A stretch of 64,000 nucleotides of DNA from Nemertoderma westbladi. Taxonomy: Eukaryota; Animalia; Xenacoelomorpha. The notes below the pieces were generated by a model. It made no database searches and was not told the origin of the DNA. It saw only the letters and a program-made list of their open reading frames with translations. Each line of letters begins with the position of its first letter. Within the stretch, counting starts at the first letter, position 1. A program made the position numbers and the translations under genes. The stretch covers positions 77,264 to 141,263 of the forward strand of contig JAUCBJ010007680.1 in the NCBI GenBank assembly GCA_032718475.1, written 5' to 3'. Shown one piece after another: positions 47,292-57,971 of the stretch.

Positions 47292-49820
47292 ATGGAACAA
47301 TGTGCTGATCCATCGACACACTTGGGTAATCTACTCAGCAAACATACCTTCGACATTAGCTTTTACTTCGACCGCAGTTTATACGAGCCGATAGAGAACA
47401 TTGGAGTCGGCGCCTACGGGGTGGTGTGTTCAGCGTTCTGCAAAAAGTCAGGGAAAAGAGTGGCGATAAAAAAAATACCAAATGCCTTCGATATGCTGAC
47501 GACAGCAAAACGAACTTTCAGAGAGTTGAAGATCCTAAATCACTTCAAACATGAAAATATTGTCTCGATTATTGATATTATAAATCCGACCCAACCAATA
47601 TCAAACTTCAAAGATGTTTACGTTGTGTTCGATTTAATGGAGAGCGATTTGCACCATATTATACAGAGTCCACAAGTATTAACAATAGAGCACACGCAAT
47701 TCTTTATCTACCAGATTCTCCGCGGACTTAAATATATCCACTCCGCTAACGTTATCCACAGGGACTTAAAACCGAGTAACATTCTAGTGAACGAAAACGC
47801 CGAATTAAAAATCGGCGATTTCGGGATGGCTCGCGGGTTGAGCCCAGACATCGGAGATAGAATAACCATGGTTACCGAGTACGTAGCGACCAGGTGGTAC
47901 CGACCCCCGGAGTTGTTGCTAGGCTACGCGGATAGCTCGACTAGACTCGATATTTGGTCGACCGGTTGTATATTCGCGGAATTACTCGGCAGGCGGCCGC
48001 TTTTTCCAGGGAAAAACTACATCGAACAAATAAACTTGATAAAGAATGTTTTAGGTAATCTACCGGAGTGTTTATTAACTAACATTAGGAGCGAACGCGT
48101 TCAGAAGTTCATATCGTGTTTGCCTCGTAACGAAGCAGTTTTATTGCAGTCTATCTACCCTGGAGTCCCCAGCCCAGCCTTGGAGCTCCTCCGCTCGATG
48201 CTGTGTTACTCCCCCACCGAGCGCCTCACCTCCGAGTCCGCTCTCAGACACCCGTTCATCCAACCGTACCACGACGTGGAATACGAACCCAACTGCTACC
48301 CCCCGTTTGATTTCGACTTTGAACACGAGAGTTTCACCAAAGAGGAGTTGAAATCGAAAATAATCCGCGAGATTAACGCGTTCCAGGAGCGGAAACTGAA
48401 GAAAGAGCGAGCGATATCGATAGCGGAACAGTTGATAAATCCGGTACGAAATGACCAACTCGAGTCGGAGTCGGAAGTAGATGAAACTCCGGAGATACAA
48501 GATAAAAAGGAAAGTATAGGTGGTGGCGGAGGGGGTTGTTCTATGGATGTTGGAGAGCGGACGAACGATAAAAGTGAGAGGAAAGCTGTGCTGAGAGCCG
48601 CAATACTCCGGATGGTAAAGGAAGGGAGAACAACGAGCAACGCGGAGAGCAATGAGTCGGTGAGAGAGAAGGTGACGGCGGCTGGGCGACGGAGGGAGCG
48701 GGTCGGTAAACGGAAGGAGCGAGTCGCCAAGGCCAAGAGGAAGAATAAAACGGTGAAATCAGGGAAGGAATTGCTGAGTGTTGCGGATAGGAGCATGTTG
48801 GAGCGGTGGATGGGGATGCATTCCGGACGTCCGGGTAGGTCGGACGAGGGGTCCACTCGGAAGAAACTCGGTACCTTCCATAGTCGTCCGAGAAGCGAAC
48901 GGGGTCTCCCTGCTCGAACTGTCCTGCTGGGCTACTCGGTGCTGCAGCCCAACCGTCAGTACATAGCTGCCCAGGGGGCTGATAGTCCGGGGTACGTTGG
49001 GACCAAGGTCTCAACTCCGGGGTACGTCGGGACCAAGGTCAAATCTCCGGGGTGCGTTGGGACCAAGGTCACAACTCCGGGCTACCTTGGGACAAAGGAC
49101 ACAACTCCGGGGTACGTTAGGACCAAGGACACAACTCCGGGGTACGTTGGGACCAAGGTCACAACTCCTGGGTACGTTGCGACCGCAGTAACCACTCCGG
49201 GGTACGTTGGGACCTCGGCGCAGTTCCCTACCGACTCCAGAAACTCTCTTCACTCTCAGCAGCCGCCCACAGAAGTTACATCCGACTACATTAATGAGCT
49301 CCCTGGCGACGGATCCCTTGTAACCAATCCCATAGACCTAATATCTAACAATACTCACTTAGAAACCAATCAGAGTGAATCTAACTTCGACAATATTCAC
49401 TTAGGCGCTAATCTGAGAAAGCCTACCTCCAGCTCCACCAACAATCTATCTTTACTAGAAACTAATCGCGATGAGTCGTTATACGACCCTTTGAGTAACA
49501 GCCCCCGTTCTGACTTCCCTTTCCGGCTACTCACCAAGGATTCCCTGCTACCGCAGCCGCTCTCATCCACTCCCAAAGGAGACGGTAGCGGCTACAGTCT
49601 CGGGTTCAATATCGACGAATTGTTCGACACTCTGGGAAGTCCTCCCTGCGGCTCGGACGTCGTCCCCGGTGGTCCAGCCTCCGCCGGACTCATATCGGAC
49701 TGGGGCGAGCTGCTCAATCTGCAGCCCGGCGATATGGCCATCCTAGAACGCGAGTTAGCTATGGGTTTCCCTGATCTAATGTCCGCCACTGATGAAACAA
49801 TCAACTCGGATTCAACGTAA
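47292..49820 (+). CDS. MAPK7: Mitogen-activated protein kinase 7 (ERK5/BMK1), single exon, 842 aa
   Basis: IGVGAYGVV, VAIKKIPNAFD..TTAKRTFRELKIL.HFKHENI, HRDLKPSN, DFGMAR and the TEY activation motif; ERK5-like tail motifs LSVADRSMLERW, GYSLGFNIDE and SAGLISDW; basic NLS-like region. Confidence 0.93.
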   Translation: MEQCADPSTHLGNLLSKHTFDISFYFDRSLYEPIENIGVGAYGVVCSAFCKKSGKRVAIKKIPNAFDMLTTAKRTFRELKILNHFKHENIVSIIDIINPTQPISNFKDVYVVFDLMESDLHHIIQSPQVLTIEHTQFFIYQILRGLKYIHSANVIHRDLKPSNILVNENAELKIGDFGMARGLSPDIGDRITMVTEYVATRWYRPPELLLGYADSSTRLDIWSTGCIFAELLGRRPLFPGKNYIEQINLIKNVLGNLPECLLTNIRSERVQKFISCLPRNEAVLLQSIYPGVPSPALELLRSMLCYSPTERLTSESALRHPFIQPYHDVEYEPNCYPPFDFDFEHESFTKEELKSKIIREINAFQERKLKKERAISIAEQLINPVRNDQLESESEVDETPEIQDKKESIGGGGGGCSMDVGERTNDKSERKAVLRAAILRMVKEGRTTSNAESNESVREKVTAAGRRRERVGKRKERVAKAKRKNKTVKSGKELLSVADRSMLERWMGMHSGRPGRSDEGSTRKKLGTFHSRPRSERGLPARTVLLGYSVLQPNRQYIAAQGADSPGYVGTKVSTPGYVGTKVKSPGCVGTKVTTPGYLGTKDTTPGYVRTKDTTPGYVGTKVTTPGYVATAVTTPGYVGTSAQFPTDSRNSLHSQQPPTEVTSDYINELPGDGSLVTNPIDLISNNTHLETNQSESNFDNIHLGANLRKPTSSSTNNLSLLETNRDESLYDPLSNSPRSDFPFRLLTKDSLLPQPLSSTPKGDGSGYSLGFNIDELFDTLGSPPCGSDVVPGGPASAGLISDWGELLNLQPGDMAILERELAMGFPDLMSATDETINSDST
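48984..49214 (+). repeat. Coding 30-bp tandem repeat, 8 copies of (S/T)PGYVGTKV(T)
   Basis: Units start every 30 bp from 48984 to 49194, in frame within MAPK7. Confidence 0.92.
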
Positions 49821-52076
49821 ATTTTTTATATTCGTAAATTTTTTCAACGTAAATTACTTAATTTTATTCTGTTACCCCACGATGTTTTTACTTAAATATT
49901 TTATTTTAAATTGTATCTGTTTTAATCATTTTATTTCCAATATGCCTGGCTGGAGTACAATAATTATAATAATTCATAAACAAGGTTTTATTAGTTTATT
50001 TGTAACTAATTAATTAATCTGTGTTTATTGTCTGTTTAGCATTATTTGGTGCATAAACCTGTAGTAATTTATATGGTGCATTAATTATTATGCCTTGATG
50101 TGTACAGCTAATTAAATCTTTCCTGCAGTTTCTTGTTCCTGCAGTTCCATTTAATGACTATTAGTTACTGCGACATTATATTTGTTTTTATCTCTTTGTT
50201 TTATATTGACAATAATTAATTTATTATTGTAATAAGTAGGGCAATTTATGCCAATATTAATTCAATCAGCACGGCGACCTGCAAAGTCATTGAGTGAATT
50301 ATTTTATTATGGGATCGCGTTTCAAAAACAACATAATTCTGAGGAAAATATAAAATCATTGACTGTAAGTGGCACTGCCACAACTCAAACAATTCGTACG
50401 TTATTTTACATTAGGAGGCCCTGCAAATTTCGAATTCGCGAGATTTGAATGATTTCGAAATTCGATGTCGAATTTTATCAAATTCAAAACGATTTCGAAT
50501 TCTTGTAAAATGATGTAGACGTGGTGTGGAGGGCAGTAATATTAGAAATGAAATTCGCGAATTTAGCCTCTCCAAATTCGAAATGAAAATTCTGAATGGG
50601 CCCTAATTTCTATACAATTTCATTTATTCAATCAAACAATTTTATATTTGTATAATTAATTGTAGATAGTCTATATTTTATTCAATCGTTCATTTTTTAA
50701 ACTGTAGAGAAACATATAAAATGAAGAAAAGTATTATCTTATTTCCTCGAAATTTGAAAACTAATAATTATAAAATACCAAATGTCTAAAAATTCCAGTG
50801 ATTGGTGATTTTAGTTCAGTAATAAGTTTGCAAAGCTCCCAAATATTGTCATTAATAATATAGCCTTTTTTCTACTTATTTATTGTGGGTCGAGCCATGC
50901 AGTGAGCTTATAATACCTCACTATTTAATTGCTATTTATATTACTCCTTCCTTAGAGTACGAATATCCGATGTGAAGGTTATTTATGTGCAACTTGATGT
51001 GTCCGGTATGCAACGGGTAGGTGGCTGTATAATTTCTAATTTAAGCCGCTTGTTGAGTAGAACTTCTTGGATTTCTCCTAAGTAATTATTTTATCCGGCT
51101 TTGATGCTATTTAAATGCTCTTATTATATTAATAGCTATTACGATGGTGGTGAATGGTTCACACGAAATTTGATTAACGTTAGTAGAGGTTTTACATCCG
51201 TGACAAATTATTACTTTATAATATAAATATATTTGTAACTTAAATCTCTATATTTTAAAACAATTTTATAAATGTGATACATTTTACACTAAATTATTTA
51301 TTTAAAAAATGAATTTACGGTTTATTAAACAAACAATGTAAAATAAAATTAATCTATAATAATCTTACATTTATTTTAAGTTACTCAATGGCGTGCAACA
51401 TGGGCGGGCCAGTAGTGCAGTGCAAGTGTTTGCTTTGTTGGGTAAACGCTAATCACAAAATGCATTTTGCTGCTGGTTCCACAAATAATAATTTAAGTAA
51501 GAATTGCTTTTTATGATAATTTAATACTATTACTACATACAAAGTGATTGCTAAACGACGCAAAACCGTAGTTTTAAGTTGTTTTTGTTTTGTCCTGTTC
51601 GTAATATTGAACGTACAATGGAAAGTCGCATGAAATCCAATATAACAAAGTAAATTCAGGACACGCAGTTATCAAGAAAACGTTATTTCAACACGGTCTG
51701 GTACAATCCAACTTCTATTCGGAGCGCCGTGCTTATTATTTTATGTGAGCATTCCATTGTTTTATTAAATCCCGAATCTGTTTTCAAAACGTTACAATTT
51801 GTGAATTTTGGATGTTCAAATCACCATTAATGGATGACTTCTTTTATGAAGCAATAATTTTACAATAAAAGGCAATACAAAAAGAGGAAGACTCGAAAAT
51901 TACATTTGAGATTTTGTTTTTAATTCTTCTTTACTTACCTGTTTAACCTGACTTGTAATCTTTGTATTTCTATTATCCTAGGCTTATAATACCGTACATT
52001 AATATAATACGACATAGATTTCATAACGATATGTGAACTGAGTTACTTTTGAATGATATTATTTTAAACTGACATC

Positions 52077-52808
52077 ATGGTGATACTGAGGATGGGACTG
52101 CTATGTACTCGGAGGAAAGTGAACGTTTCACTCTCCTCGAATATTCCTAACATAAAGTGTTCGAAAACGAAGGAACGGATAGGAACGCCTTTCATAGCTT
52201 TATGCTGCCCCAAGGCTTGTATATCCTCCGCTGCTAATTATAAAAGCGGGCAGAAAATTACTGGTGTTGGGGAAAAACCTGACGGCAGTAAACCAATAAC
52301 AGACGAGGAATTTGTGAACGGTGAACCACTAAACGGGGAAGAAATTCTGGACGGTAAACCAATCAGAGACAGGAGATCTGAGAACATAGAACCAGTCAGA
52401 CAAAGAGACTCCAGGGACCAACCCTACGCCCACACAGAGGCCCCAGGGTATCCCTTGGCCCCCTACAGGGAGGCAACCTCCGACGTGCCCGCCGGATACC
52501 CAGTCTGGTATGAGCGCGCACGCCGCACGCGGCAGGAAGTGGAACTGGGCGAGCTACCGTGGTGGAGTCGCCACCCCAAAATGAACTGGCACCGCCCGAC
52601 CCAGGACACCGGCAATGTCTGGGTCCAGTTTATATTCACGTGGTGCGCGGCTTTGATGCTGGTCGCATTGACTTACGATTATTTCGTAGATCTTCCGAAT
52701 CTGATGCGGGGAGAATCGGACGAACTTAAACTCGCGAGGGATAAGGACCGAGTCTACAAAACGCGAAAGGCGGCAGAAGAGACGGTTGCTAAGCAATCCA
52801 GTAAATAA
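52077..52808 (+). CDS. Uncharacterised 243-aa single-pass membrane protein, possibly mitochondrial
   Basis: ATG-to-stop ORF with GC elevated like the neighbouring genes; basic, acid-poor N-terminus; hydrophobic segment VWVQFIFTWCAALMLVALTYDYFV. Family not recognised. Confidence 0.65.
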   Translation: MVILRMGLLCTRRKVNVSLSSNIPNIKCSKTKERIGTPFIALCCPKACISSAANYKSGQKITGVGEKPDGSKPITDEEFVNGEPLNGEEILDGKPIRDRRSENIEPVRQRDSRDQPYAHTEAPGYPLAPYREATSDVPAGYPVWYERARRTRQEVELGELPWWSRHPKMNWHRPTQDTGNVWVQFIFTWCAALMLVALTYDYFVDLPNLMRGESDELKLARDKDRVYKTRKAAEETVAKQSSK

Positions 52809-53337
52809 CTATAGTGTAAAATTGTTTCCGAAAAATAATACTTGAATTAATTATTCTTTGTCGGGTATTTTTTTGTCGGGTATTTTTTCCCATATGTTAG
52901 AGTCACAGCGACATTAATGAAAAAAACTATCCTTGAGTTTCCCTAGAGAGATTAAAAAACAATTTTCGTCGCCTCAGCTTTTTTAGACGATTTCTTTCTC
53001 AAACGAGCCATTTATGTAACAAGTAACATCAAGGCGAACCCAAGGCATGCTGATTGAAGTAATGTAGTTTTTTTTATTACATAATAATTTTTTTAGGTTG
53101 AGTATTATTACTACTGTACGTTCTTTCACATTACATTTTTACACTAAGTTAATTTTTCAGATAATCTTTGTGTGAATGTGATGAAAAGTGGCATTTTTCA
53201 GCGTTATGACCCCGAGTATATTTGTGTGGCCTGCCGAGTGAGCTCAGCGAAAGTAAAGTTTTCTTCAGCCTTCGGCCTGGGATTACGTAAAAAGTCTGAC
53301 GACTTATATCAAGTGCCCCCCCCCCCCCCCCCCCCCA

Positions 53338-53500
53338 GAACTATACTCCCCAGAGGAAACTCAAGTACTAATTTAGCTACCACTTCAGGATGCAAGGCAG
53401 AGAGATGCGCCTCAGTCCATTTAAAGCATTCCTGCCGAAACGAAAACTGGCCTGGCCAATGCGAGGATCGAACCCACGACCACCGAGAGATGTGAATGCA
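53338..53500 (-). mobile_element. Degenerate tRNA-derived SINE fragment
   Basis: Reverse complement contains GGTCGTGGGTTCGATCCTCGC (T-arm/B box) followed by a GC-richer body; no clear A box. Confidence 0.4.
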
Positions 53501-54059
53501 AAGCAACAGATTAAAACACTACACCGAGGTGTGATCGAGGGAGGTTTACATAAATATTCAATATACAAGTTAAACACTGAGGTCTACGTCACTTTGTTTC
53601 ATTATGTCAACTTATTGACGTTCTGAATGCTTAATTATTAGCCTGAATATTATAATGTTTAGGAATATTAATGAAATTAATTAATTTTTATGCGATTAAT
53701 TGCAGTAGAGTAGAGTACTAGAGTTGTATATCTTCCACTTAGTCTACATTGGTTACTGGTTATGGAAAATACTCAAGACGTGTTCTAGAAGTTTATTGAT
53801 TACTAAGTTAGTTATTATTACTTTGCTGTGCGAGGATGATATCACCATAACGATGATAAGTTGACGTAATGTAACAAATGTTATTTAAACAACGTAATAG
53901 AAGATATGGCTCAAGTAATTCAGCATAAAATATCTGAACGGCATGTTTGTTTAATTTTCTCAATATAGTTTTTGAGACAGACTTAACGCAAAAACAATCC
54001 ATAATCTGTATTAATTTTGGGGTTTGATACAATGTTCCCTTTTATTAATGCAGTGAGAG

Positions 54060-54180
54060 ATATGTAGGTGTAAAAGCTTGGCCGACAGCGACAACTGTTA
54101 TTGAAGTTAAGGCAAAGGATCAGGTTACAGTGGCAAATTATTCCAACCAAAACAATAAACGAGAGTAAGATCCCAGGTTC
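54060..54180 (+). repeat. Dispersed repeat fragment; second copy at ~63545-63652
   Basis: Both copies share TAGGTGTAAAA...TTAAGG.AAAGGA.CAGGTTACAGTGGCA..TTATT..AACCAAAACAATAAAC. Confidence 0.7.
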
Positions 54181-56719
54181 CATCCAGTTTAATATATGTT
54201 CGTAAATTGTTGTTGCTGTGGGTGTCGGCTGTCTCTTGACTGTTGTTTTTTAATTATCTTTAGCGTTTACACCCGCGCACATATGGGACTCATATTGAAA
54301 CGGTCTCTTCATTGTAGGACTAATCCAATTTTACATGCGTGGTATTTAACCGGATAGTGTAGGAATTTTAAATTTATAATAAAGATATTTGGTATAATAA
54401 CGAAATCGAGCTTGCCATTCAACATCTTGTTACAAATATTCTTTCAACTGTCACTGTTCAATATTCCTTTCGTTTATTTTATAATAACATAGCATCTGCT
54501 GCTGCGGCTATATCTTTTGGAGTTGTCCTATATTGTTATAACTAAAACTAAGCACCACCACCTTCTTATAGCCATAAAGATAATATTTCTATTTGAAAAT
54601 ATCTAAAATAATGTACAAACAGTGCAGTAGGGGCGCATATTCCAATTCCAAGATTTAACTTGATTATACAGAATGGAATTACAGCTGCGATCAGAGATTG
54701 ATTATAGCGCGTCGCACGTGGTGGGAACGAGGTATTGTCAAAAAACAAACTGACTGTATAAAAAGCGGTACTGAGAGAAAGCTGGTTGTTACACTACAGT
54801 ATATCACGCCGTCGCCGTAAATACTGTATGTGGGGCGAGTCTTTATAAATGTTCGCTAAGATGGCTTGCAGTTTCTCTGCTGCACGGAGGGACCACTAGT
54901 GTTTAAGCAGTACTCCACAGCACTGCATTCAATTTACTTCACGGTGTATTTCTCACTAACTTGAAAATAAAGAATAGTTAGAGAAAATCAGCATTTTCTA
55001 TGACGCATTTTCAAGTTTGCGACATTCAATCATTATGTATGAGTGTATTGAGCACCGGTACGAGTTTTAACTTGCAAACGTGTTCAAATGTCACTTCAAG
55101 AGGGCAGAATCTTTTTGGTGTTTCAAACTTCTGTAGCCAAGAACCAAGATTAAACTGTGTTCCTTATTGAAAGAGTATAATATTATAAATCTCTGTATTT
55201 GGTGAACTGCTAGGGATTGGGCATGTAAAATAGACAAACTGACTAACCCTTTATCTCATTGTTGATCTGCATGGTTACAGTAGGCCTACTCCCATGTGAA
55301 GAATAACAGGTTTTCTCTTTTCGGTAGTCTTTTTATTGAAACTTTATTTATGAAAAAAATTTTTTTTTAATTTCTTATAATTGAGTGTTTTATAGCCTTT
55401 TTTCTATCTTATAAATTGTATACATGCTAAATCGTTTATTGTTTTGTTTAGATTCTTCCCTTCTGTAACCTGGGTTTTTCACATGGGGTAAACTGCAAAG
55501 TGAAATAGAAAACCGAAAAGTCTGGTACTGGTATACTTTACATACATAGACTTATGTAGTTTGTGTCTATCCAACATGCTTGTTTCTACAAACCTCGTAT
55601 CTCATTGCTGATCTGTATGGGTAGGTACCGTAGTTTGTGTCTCAACATGCTTGCTTCTATCGTCGCCGTCTCCAGTTGCTCCAGCAGACATCGTCTGTCC
55701 GCGTCCGCTTTATGAATGTTAACCGCGATCACGGCGAGTTCTAGAACATCCTCTTCCCGAAAATGCCATGGAGATAAGCGGAGAGCGACGGCTAATGGGA
55801 GGGAGTGTTTTAGAGAGGGTGTTTTATGTTATAAATCTATTTATAATATCAATGCCCAACACTATACATTGTAATATAACAACAGGTCTACACTATATGA
55901 AAATGTTCTACTTTAGATGAAATATCGTTTGTACACAAAGTGGGAACCTGTGATTAGTGGAAGATGCACCAACAACGGTGCGGAGAGTCCACAGGCATCA
56001 CATAAGTTTGCATAACATATGGTTATGAGTGTCCACTTTATCAGATTGCATTCAATTTATTAGACACGTTTTCTTCCAGAACCAAACAGTCTGATTTTGA
56101 CATTAAAATATTTTTTTTTCACCACATCCTAACTGCCTAACTAACGGGTTATTACGCTTACCAATATCGTTGAGCTTTTGTATAACAGCAGCGGCTATAT
56201 CGCTGTTGATTTGTGAAACTGGAGTGACAGATTTGGTAGATATATGGGACATTGTTACTTCCATCAACTAATATCGTTAGTGGAGCTATCCAGTACCGGT
56301 ATATATTTTATTTTATTGAAAACAACAGGCAAGTATACAGTTGTTAATTAGATCTCGGTTTACTAGGCCTACATAGAATGTAGATCTATTGAAATATTTG
56401 GAACTCAACTATACCGGTACGTACAACAGTTTAGGTTACATATCCACGGTTTAAACAAATTCAGTGAGTCAGGTATTTGCCAACTTTGGAAAGCGCAATT
56501 ACTAACAAAATTAATCCGTAAGTTGCTCCCATTTATAAGTTGATAATGTTGCCCTGGAGTTTCTTATTGGTTGCTAGGCACTGACCAATGAGAAATGTAT
56601 TCTTCCCTTTCTGAAATAGTAATATCTCCAAACTTGATTATTGTTTATGCATTCGACAGTAAAAGAAACGGCAGACGACACCATGATATTTTGATGTTTT
56701 GTATATAATAAGAAATTAT

Positions 56720-57435
56720 GTAGGCCAACAACTATGGCATACATTTACAGTAGTATCAATATTCAATAATTTAATTCGAGTGATATTATTGATCGTTTTA
56801 AATGATTTTTGCCATGCTGAATTATTTCGATTAATATTATTGGTCGTTTTAAATACAGTAATGTTTTTCAACTTAATTATTTCGCTTGATATTATTGATC
56901 GATTTAAATAATGTTTCAAAACTGAATTATTTTGCTTAATATTATAGGTTGATTGAAACATGTCTGTTGAATTATTTTGCTTGATATTTAATTATTTCAA
57001 CCGATAATTATAGGTAGTTTTAAATGAGACAGTGAATTATTTCCACTTATAACTATAGGTCGTATTAAATGTGATCAGCTGACAGTGAATTATTTCGACG
57101 TATAATTAATTATACGTCGAAATAATTCACTGTCTCATTTAAAACTACCTATAATTATCAGTTGAAATAATTAAATATCAAGCAAAATAATTCAACAGAC
57201 AACATGTTTTAAATCAACCTATAATATTAAGCAAAATAATGCAGTTTTGAAACATTATTTAAATCGATCAATAATATCAAGCGAAATAATTAAGTTGAAA
57301 AACATTACTGTATTTAAAACGACCAATAATATTAATCGAAATAATTCAGCATGGCAAAAATAAATTAAAACGATCAATAATATCACTCGAATTAAATTAT
57401 TGAATATTGATACTAAATGTATGCCATAGGCCTAC
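56720..57435. mobile_element. Foldback-like element: ~715-bp spacerless palindrome built from ~45-bp sub-repeats
   Basis: Arms are near-perfect reverse complements (CTATGGCATACATTTA.../...TAAATGTATGCCATAG); perfect 54-bp central palindrome at 57081-57134. Confidence 0.85.
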
Positions 57436-57564
57436 CTCTATGAAGAAAATCCATACATTGCGATACATTGATAACATTCCTTCTTATTTATCGATAATAT
57501 AATATTAATTAAAAAGTTTTTATTATATTTTTGTTATAGGGTTTACCAAATTTGAAAACTCACT

Positions 57565-57968
57565 AAGGCCTTGAAGAAGTCAACAAAGATAACAGCCCTT
57601 TCTTTTTTGATAACTCGTCAATTATCCTTCTAAGTACCAAAATGGGCTCCATGGTCCCACGACCTTTACGGAACCCATTCTGATTTCCACGGAGCAGTCT
57701 CTCAATGGGATCCCTGATGCGATTTAATAGAATTCTATTGTATAGCTTTGCAGCAATCTAGATCAATGAGATTCCCCGAAAAGAACCATAGAGTGTTAGG
57801 TTGCCCTTCTTGGGAACTGGCACCAACTTTATTGTTTTCATTTCTTGAGGGACTCTTTTTCTGTAGATGTCTACTCTACTATGATGGGATAGATGAGCTT
57901 TAAACACCTCAACTTTTAAAGACCTCAGGGGGAACACCATCTACTCCACTGGCACGATTGGTCTTAAT
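57565..57968 (-). pseudogene. Internal fragment of the same RTE family as 4080-6253
   Basis: High nucleotide similarity to ~4731-5106; encodes VPVPKKGNLTLYGSFRGISLI. Confidence 0.85.
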
Positions 57969-57971
57969 CAT

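Noticed and set aside
48141-49804. Antisense and alternate-frame ORFs over MAPK7 (also over SAMHD1, USP, CRE and RTE) and the short AT-rich intergenic ORFs
   Set aside because: They are shadows of real coding sequence or chance ORFs with no recognisable motifs.
54107-54180. Kolobok-type terminus at TTAA-GG
   Set aside because: Similarity with the 63.5-kb copy extends upstream of the TTAA, so this is not an element end.
55740-55810. HDV-like ribozyme suggested by GGCTAATGGGAG
   Set aside because: I could not build P1, P3/L3 and P1.1 from the upstream sequence.
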